Assembly (NCBI GenBank): GCA_965222375.1
Contig: CBDCTZ010000016.1
Span: 160,001 to 224,000, forward strand
DNA length: 64,000 bases
Reading direction: 5' to 3'
DNA from: Polyangiaceae bacterium
GTDB lineage: Bacteria; Myxococcota_A; Polyangia; Polyangiales; Polyangiaceae
Part shown: piece after piece, positions 58,032 to 64,000 of the stretch
How positions within the stretch are numbered: position 1 is the stretch's first letter
How the letters are laid out: every line of letters starts with the position of its first letter
Program-made: the position numbers and the translations under genes
The notes under the pieces: model-generated
What the model was told of the DNA's origin: nothing
The model's input: the letters and a program-made list of their open reading frames with translations, nothing else
The model's database searches: none

Positions 58032-58571
58032 ATGGCCTGGTACGGCGACACGATCAAAACCCTCTACACCAACGAGCAGCTGCAAACCCGCATCACCGAG
58101 ATGGGGAAGCAGATCACCGCGGACTACGCCGGCAAGGATCTGGTGATCTTGTGCATACTCAAAGGCAGCTTCATGTTCGCCGCCGACCTAGCGCGCGCGA
58201 TCGACCTGCCGCTGCGCGTCGAGTTCCTGGGTGTGCAGAGCTACGGCAACGACACCAAGTCCAGTGGCGTCGTACAAATCACGCTGGACCTCACCCGCCC
58301 CATCGAAGGTGAGCACGTGTTGGTCGTAGAGGACATCGTGGATACGGGACTGACCCTGGACTACATCCTGTCGTCTCTGAAGAACCGCAACCCCGCCAGC
58401 GTGCAAGTCTGTTCACTTCTGCACAAGCCAGCGCGCATGAAGAAGCGCGTCGATATCGACTACTTGGGCTTCACGATCGAAGACGTGTTCGTCGTAGGCT
58501 ACGGCTTGGATTGGGCCCAAAAGTATCGAAATGTCTCCGAAATCGGCGTCGTGATCGATCCTGACGCCTGA
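58032..58571 (+). CDS. hpt: Hypoxanthine phosphoribosyltransferase
   Basis: [31 protein letters not shown]. Confidence 0.96.
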   Translation: MAWYGDTIKTLYTNEQLQTRITEMGKQITADYAGKDLVILCILKGSFMFAADLARAIDLPLRVEFLGVQSYGNDTKSSGVVQITLDLTRPIEGEHVLVVEDIVDTGLTLDYILSSLKNRNPASVQVCSLLHKPARMKKRVDIDYLGFTIEDVFVVGYGLDWAQKYRNVSEIGVVIDPDA

Positions 58572-58606
58572 GCGGCTCGAGGCGCCACAATGCGCCGCAG
58601 TCTGAA

Positions 58607-59962
58607 CTAGTCTAGTTTGTTTCGGATCCGGGCCAGCCGATCCGCGATCTGGGCTTCCAGCCCTTGACGCGTCGGTTCGTAGAAGCGCTGACCGGCCAGC
58701 GTGTCTGGAAGATAGGTCTCGCCAACCGCCACGCAGCCCTCCTGATCATGGGGATAGACGTAGCCTTGACCATAGCCCTCTCGACGCATCAGAGCTGTTG
58801 CGGCGTTGCGTAGCTTGTTGGGCACCGGTAGTGCCCCATGCTCTTTGAGGACTGAGCGGGCTGCGCTGATGGCTTTCAGTACGGCGTTGGACTTGGGACA
58901 GCTCGCCAGGTAGAGGCACGCTTGACTGAGAGGAAAGATCCCTTCGGGCATTCCCAGGCGCTGGAACGCGCGGTCTGTGTCTGAGGCTACTGCGAGCGCT
59001 CGCGGGTCAGCGTTGCCAACATCTTCGCTGGCGAAGATGAGCATCCGGCGCGAGACGAAGAGGGGCTCTTCGCCCGCATCCAACATGCGCAGCATCCAAT
59101 ACAAGGCGGCGTCCGGGTCGCTGCCGCGCAAGGACTTGATGAAGGCGCTGACGACGTTGTAGTGCTCCTCGCCACTCTTGTCGTAGAGCAAGGTCGGGTT
59201 CTCGGCTGCGCGTTCGACGTCCCCCAGCCCCACCTCGCTGCTGCCTTCGCTCAGGGCCGCGACGGTGGTTTCGAGCAAACCGAGGGCTCTCCGGGCGTCC
59301 CCGCGGGCAGCCCGAGCAATGGCCCCAGCGGCGTCATCCGTGAGGGTCAGCTGCTTCCGACCCAAACCACGCTCGTCGTCGCTCAGGGCTCGCTGCAGCA
59401 GCGTGATCAGGACGTCGTCCTTCAAGCCCTCCAGGTGAAGCACTCGACAGCGCGAAAGCAGCGCGTTGTTGACGGAAAACGAAGGGTTCTCGGTGGTCGC
59501 GCCGATGAGAATGACGGTTCCGCGCTCCACGTGCGGCAAGAAAGCGTCCTGCTGGCTCTTGTTGAAGCGGTGAATCTCGTCCACGAACAAGATGGTGCGC
59601 CGACCTTGATAGGCGCTGCGCTCTTGCGCGGCCGCCAAGATTTCACGTAGCTCCGGAACCCCGCCCAGGACCGCGCTGAAGGGAACGAACTCGGCTTTGG
59701 TCGCTGCTGCGATCACACTCGCGAGCGTTGTCTTGCCGGAGCCCGGCGGGCCCCACAGGATCAACGACGAGATTCGGTCTTGGATGATGGCGTTGGTCAG
59801 CCAAGTGTTTTCGCCCAGCAGGTGAGTCTGGCCAACGACATCGGCCAGCACTTGCGGGCGCATCCGATCCGCCAAGGGCGCTCCAGCTCCGCCCAGGCTT
59901 CCACGGGTGAGGGCCGCCTGTAGCAGCGTCGGGCCTGGATCACCTCCGCGCCGCCGCTTCAC
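58607..59962 (-). CDS. rarA: Replication-associated recombination protein A
   Basis: [57 protein letters not shown]. Confidence 0.96.
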   Translation of the reverse strand: MKRRRGGDPGPTLLQAALTRGSLGGAGAPLADRMRPQVLADVVGQTHLLGENTWLTNAIIQDRISSLILWGPPGSGKTTLASVIAAATKAEFVPFSAVLGGVPELREILAAAQERSAYQGRRTILFVDEIHRFNKSQQDAFLPHVERGTVILIGATTENPSFSVNNALLSRCRVLHLEGLKDDVLITLLQRALSDDERGLGRKQLTLTDDAAGAIARAARGDARRALGLLETTVAALSEGSSEVGLGDVERAAENPTLLYDKSGEEHYNVVSAFIKSLRGSDPDAALYWMLRMLDAGEEPLFVSRRMLIFASEDVGNADPRALAVASDTDRAFQRLGMPEGIFPLSQACLYLASCPKSNAVLKAISAARSVLKEHGALPVPNKLRNAATALMRREGYGQGYVYPHDQEGCVAVGETYLPDTLAGQRFYEPTRQGLEAQIADRLARIRNKLD

Positions 59963-60654
59963 TTTCGGCCCTGCTCTCGAGGGCCGAAGATCGCCGTGCC
60001 GATTCGGACCCAGGTCGCGCCGGCGTGCACGGCCTGCTCCAAGTCCGCGGTCATGCCCATGCTGAGTTCAGGTAGGCGCGTCGCGCCGCCGTGGCCATCT
60101 CGCAGAGCCACCAGAGCGTCGAAGTACTGTCGCGCGTCTTGTGGATCCTCCGACCAGGGCGGCACGGTCATCAATCCCTTCAGGGCCAGGTTTTCCGGCT
60201 GATCGATGGCGTCCAGTACTTCCGCCAAGCCTTCCGGAGCAACCCCGGACTTCTGGGCTTCACCCCCGACGTTGACCTCGACCAGGATGGGCAATGGCGC
60301 ACGCTTCGCGGGTGTGCGCTTCGCCAGCTCAGCGACCAGGCGCACCGAGTCGACCGTGTGAATCGCGCTCGCGTAATGGACGACGTTCTTCACTTTATTG
60401 CGCTGCAAATGCCCAATGAAGTGCCAGCGCAGCTCGTTCAAGTCTTCGAGTTCCGAGGCCTTCTGCGCCAGCTCTTGTACGTAGTTTTCCCCAAAGTCCC
60501 GCTGGCCAGCGGCATACGCTGCGCGGATCGCGCTCGCGGGTTTCGTCTTGGAAACGGCGAGCAATTTCACGGATTCGGGCGGGCGCCCAGCCGCAACCGC
60601 CCCGCTGCGAATGCGCGCACGCACTTCCTCCAGGCGCTTGGCGATGTCCGTCAT
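59959..60654 (-). CDS. yggS: YggS family PLP-homeostasis protein
   Basis: LLAVSKTK, FGENYVQE, WHFIGHLQRNK, LSMGM, RIGTAIFG. ATG 60654. Confidence 0.95.
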   Translation of the reverse strand: MTDIAKRLEEVRARIRSGAVAAGRPPESVKLLAVSKTKPASAIRAAYAAGQRDFGENYVQELAQKASELEDLNELRWHFIGHLQRNKVKNVVHYASAIHTVDSVRLVAELAKRTPAKRAPLPILVEVNVGGEAQKSGVAPEGLAEVLDAIDQPENLALKGLMTVPPWSEDPQDARQYFDALVALRDGHGGATRLPELSMGMTADLEQAVHAGATWVRIGTAIFGPREQGRK

Positions 60655-60707
60655 GGTTCTCTCGTCATGCAGGCATCGGCGCTGCCGCCCGTCAAGTCCT
60701 GCGACTG

Positions 60708-61892
60708 TCAACGCTGCGCGACGACGTGTTCGTATACGTCGAGGGTGTTGCGCGCCATCGCACCTAGGCTGAAGCGGGCCGCCCGAGCGACGCCTCGCTC
60801 CGACCACCGCCGCCGTTCTTCGGCGTCTTGTGCCAACTCGCTGATCGGATCCGCGATCGCGGCGGGGCTTTCCGGGTTGACCAGAATCGCGGAGTCCCCG
60901 GCAATCTCCGCCATGCTGCTGCGGTCGCTCGTTATCACGGGGCAACCCGCTGCCATGGCTTCGAGAGCAGGGTAGCCGAACCCCTCCGCCCTCGACACGA
61001 AGACCTGCGCGACGGCGCCCCGATACAGCGCGGCCAGGTCGGCGTCACTGACGTAGCCGGCGAGTACCAGGGAGTCTTGAACGCCGAGTTCCGTCGCCAT
61101 CAGGATCAGCTTTCCTCTCGCAACGGGGTTGAGGCGGGCTGCCCATACCAGGGTGAGATCGTGGCTCTTCAAACGTCGCCGAGCGATAGCCAGAGCCCGC
61201 AGTACGCCTTCAGGGTTCTTGCGCCAGTTCGTGTCCCCCACGGCCAGGATGTAGCTGCGCTCCGCCACATCGAAACGCACGCGCGCCTGGGCATCCTCCT
61301 CGCCGGGTTCGCTGGTCCAGCGGTCCAGATCGACCCCGTTGTGCACCACCGTGACCTTGGACGCCGGGATCCCGAGCAGCGTGACCAGGTCATTTGCGGA
61401 TGTCTCACTGACCGCGATCACATGGGTCGCGGAGTGGAAGCGTCTCTGATCCAGCTGTTGGCGGCCGCGCCGGTAGCCGTCGCGCCAGGTCAAGTAGTGG
61501 CGCGGATAGCGCAGAGGAATCAAGTCGTGACATGTGGTGATACGCGCACAGTCGAACTTGCCCAGAGGAGTGGCACCTGGATGGCCTGTGTGCACCAGGT
61601 CCGGCGAGACTCGTCTTGCCGCCCGTGACAGCCCAACTCGCACGCGATACGCCCAGTCGACATGCGGGCGCGCCGCCACTCGGCTGTCACGCAGTCGAGC
61701 CACGGCGGCTTCCAGGTCTTCGGTGATTTGTTCACTGCCCACGAATCCAAGGCGTTCCACCCCTAGCACCCGGAAACGACTGCCCTGGGTGATCCTTGCC
61801 AGCCCTCTTGCCAGATCTGCGACGTAGCGCCCGATGCCGAGAGTTCGCGCGTTCGTCGTCAGCACCGACAAGTCGAGCAGGACCGTGGGCAT
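60708..61892 (-). CDS. Glycosyltransferase family 4 protein
   Basis: GIGRY, TCHDLIP, RKN, EGFGYPALEAMAAGCPV. Confidence 0.92.
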   Translation of the reverse strand: MPTVLLDLSVLTTNARTLGIGRYVADLARGLARITQGSRFRVLGVERLGFVGSEQITEDLEAAVARLRDSRVAARPHVDWAYRVRVGLSRAARRVSPDLVHTGHPGATPLGKFDCARITTCHDLIPLRYPRHYLTWRDGYRRGRQQLDQRRFHSATHVIAVSETSANDLVTLLGIPASKVTVVHNGVDLDRWTSEPGEEDAQARVRFDVAERSYILAVGDTNWRKNPEGVLRALAIARRRLKSHDLTLVWAARLNPVARGKLILMATELGVQDSLVLAGYVSDADLAALYRGAVAQVFVSRAEGFGYPALEAMAAGCPVITSDRSSMAEIAGDSAILVNPESPAAIADPISELAQDAEERRRWSERGVARAARFSLGAMARNTLDVYEHVVAQR

Positions 61893-61894
61893 GA

Positions 61895-62470
61895 CTACGG
61901 CGCGGATGCAGCGGGCGGGGCTGTGAAACCCTCACTGCTCGTTCTCTTGAGCTTGACCGGGGCGTCGCGAACCTTCAGGGAGTCCCCCGTGGATGCTTGC
62001 AGCCGGCCGCTCATGCCCTTCCCGCTCTTCTTCGCCAGGAAAAAGCCCTGGAACGCGTCCTCGCCGGGCTCCTTGGGCGTCAGCCGCACGCGGAACTGCT
62101 CTTCATCTACCTGGCCACTCGCGGTCATGTCGCCCAGGGGCCCGGACGCCTCTCCCGTGATCGTCTTGCCCTCGTCAATCTTCAACGTGATCTTGCCTTC
62201 GCCTTCGCCCACGATGCCACCCTCACCCGCGTCCTGAGTCCAGGCTTTCACGGCGCCCTGCTTCTTCGTCATTTGGATGACGTACTGCTGGGCCTCGTAG
62301 GTCCCCTGCCAAGTTCCAAAGTACCAAGGCGCCGGCGGGGGAGCCGGTTTGGCGCTGACCGCGGCACTACCTTTCGCCCCCGCTGACGCAGTGCCCGCCG
62401 GACCGGGGGATTTCTTCTCGTCGCAGCCGACGGCGACGGCCAGGAGCAACAACCAAGTGAATTTGCGCAT
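61895..62470 (-). CDS. Hypothetical lipoprotein
   Basis: Lipobox AVGC; GTWQGTY beta-rich domain; start overlaps the sctQ stop. Confidence 0.75.
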   Translation of the reverse strand: MRKFTWLLLLAVAVGCDEKKSPGPAGTASAGAKGSAAVSAKPAPPPAPWYFGTWQGTYEAQQYVIQMTKKQGAVKAWTQDAGEGGIVGEGEGKITLKIDEGKTITGEASGPLGDMTASGQVDEEQFRVRLTPKEPGEDAFQGFFLAKKSGKGMSGRLQASTGDSLKVRDAPVKLKRTSSEGFTAPPAASAP

Positions 62471-63555
62471 TATTCTCTTCCCGCTGATAGAGATTGGATC
62501 TTCACGCCCAGCTCCCCCTCGACGTCAACAAGCTCGCCCCGCGCGACCTCTTGGCCGCCCACGCGCAGGATGACGGGTTCCGCGATTCGTCTCCCGGTTT
62601 CGATCACATCCCCAGGGCCGAGTTCGGCCCATTCTCTGGCGCTCAAGCTGACGGAGCCGAATTCCACTCGCACGACGAGGGGAGCGTCCAAGGCAGCAGC
62701 GCTCAGCGCGTCATCCTCTGGACCATCTGGTTGTGACACTTTGGACTCCTCCAAGCTCAGGGACCTCGTTTCGCCCCGTACCACAACTTGGCCGTCGGGC
62801 GAGAGTTCCACCGCCACCCCGAGCTCCTGGCGCCCAGATGCCAGTGCGCAAAGGCCGCCGAGCTGCCGGTCCATCCACCATCCGTCGCCGGGCATGAAAG
62901 CGTCCCCGACGCCAAGTGCTGCGAACTGCCCGCGTTCGCACTGAGCGAGTGCCGCGACCAAGGGAACGGCTATGGGCAGGTCCCCCAACTCGGCGAGCTG
63001 CCGGCCCGGAGCGGGCACGCGCAGACTATGCTCCGAGCAGACGGCCCAGGCGTCGACCTTGAACGCGCGCCCGTCGACCAGCAGCGTGAAGTCGAGTTGC
63101 GCCCCAGGCCCTGAGGGCGGCGCACCGGCCGGAGCGCAGTCGAAGGGTATCTTGCCGTGAGCCCGTCGCACGACCTCCGCCGCCATGGCTGCGAATGCGC
63201 CGGCGACGCTAGGATCGGCGTCTTGGCCATCCAACAGGCTCACGGGTCGTTGCAGCAGACGGCTCACTGCGGTCGTCACGAGCTCCGAGTCGCAATACAG
63301 CCACACTTGCACGGCCTCGCTTCGAGCGCAGAGCAACGGTGAGCTGGACGAGCGAGGCGCATCCCCTACACGGATTCCGTTGAGGTACACGGCAGCTTCT
63401 GCTCCAAACACCTCGCTCATGGCGCTGGGAACTCGCGACAGATCAACGCCCTCGGCCACGGCCCGCCGGATCTGGCCACCAGCATGGGCAGCATCTCGAC
63501 TCAGGCGCTGGAGCGCCCGCCAAGGAAACGGTCGGACGGTGCGACCCCCGCTCAT
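62470..63555 (-). CDS. sctQ: SctQ/FliM-FliN family C-ring (SpoA domain) protein
   Basis: Degenerate SPOA1 (LGVGDAF) and C-terminal SPOA2 VRVEFG...LGPGDVI...ARGELVDVEGELGVKI. Confidence 0.85.
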   Translation of the reverse strand: MSGGRTVRPFPWRALQRLSRDAAHAGGQIRRAVAEGVDLSRVPSAMSEVFGAEAAVYLNGIRVGDAPRSSSSPLLCARSEAVQVWLYCDSELVTTAVSRLLQRPVSLLDGQDADPSVAGAFAAMAAEVVRRAHGKIPFDCAPAGAPPSGPGAQLDFTLLVDGRAFKVDAWAVCSEHSLRVPAPGRQLAELGDLPIAVPLVAALAQCERGQFAALGVGDAFMPGDGWWMDRQLGGLCALASGRQELGVAVELSPDGQVVVRGETRSLSLEESKVSQPDGPEDDALSAAALDAPLVVRVEFGSVSLSAREWAELGPGDVIETGRRIAEPVILRVGGQEVARGELVDVEGELGVKIQSLSAGRE

Positions 63556-63647
63556 GCCTGATGCATCCTACACCACGCGGAGTTTTTGGGGTTTTTGCGC
63601 CTTTGTATCTCATCGAAAAAAGCGTGGTAGTCTCGGAGAGAGGAATC

Positions 63648-64000
63648 ATGCTGCGAAGAACTGCCGCGATTTTGGGTGCTGCACTCTTGGTTTCCACCTC
63701 CGCTCTGGCCCAAGGCAAGGCGGAGAAGAAGGAGGCTGCCACTAAGGCTCCCAAAGCCAGCGCCGACGGCGTCAAGCGAGACCCCAAAGGCATCGTCGGC
63801 ATCAGCCCGTTTTGGGAGGCGCTCAAGAAGGGCGACGACCTCTACGTCGCCCGGGACCACGATGGCGCCATCGCCGCTTACAAGGAAGCCATCACCAAAG
63901 AGCCTCAGAATGCGATGGGCCACTATCGGATCGGTGAAGCCTACCGCGCCAAGGATCAGCTGTCCGAAGCCGAGGCCAGCTGGGTGGCGGCGCTTCGCTA
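63648..64000 (+). CDS. Secreted TPR protein (runs off the window end)
   Basis: GAGAGGA RBS, ATG 63648, signal peptide ending ALA, TPR-like GDDLY...AIAAYKEAI..EPQNAMGHYRIGEAY. Confidence 0.8.
   Translation, partial: MLRRTAAILGAALLVSTSALAQGKAEKKEAATKAPKASADGVKRDPKGIVGISPFWEALKKGDDLYVARDHDGAIAAYKEAITKEPQNAMGHYRIGEAYRAKDQLSEAEASWVAALR

Overview
High-GC (by eye about two-thirds G+C) bacterial chromosome segment. The gene content (many Gly-linker/Cys-rich lipoproteins, CglB-like vWA protein, myxobacterial-type HNH element and SctQ) suggests Myxococcota, probably Polyangiaceae-like; this is an inference. The centre holds a dnaN-recF-gyrB cluster. Upstream of it, a 340-bp intergenic region has the hallmarks of oriC (DnaA-box-like 9-mers, GGCCC, trio-like repeats, AT-rich tract), but a cytochrome c maturation cluster sits where dnaA would normally be. 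gyrB carries a 571-aa Ser-starting LAGLIDADG intein with an extra XRE-type HTH, inserted at the TOPRIM M|TDADVDG motif. Other housekeeping genes are a pccB-like carboxyltransferase, a KamA-family radical SAM enzyme, pyrH, ccmF, clpB, thpR, cinA, ligA, tlyA, comEC, hpt, rarA and yggS. Unusual accessory items: three tandem paralogous Cys-rich lipoproteins after gyrB, a Tat-lipoprotein fusing an M1 aminopeptidase to a GH5 glycoside hydrolase, an orphan sctQ that keeps an internal translation start, a mini-PilC-like membrane protein, a CcmF with an apparently vestigial CcmH tail, and a decayed HNH element beside a duplicated tlyA 3' end. No rRNA, tRNA or CRISPR array was seen. All protein calls come from motif recognition by eye, not from database searches.
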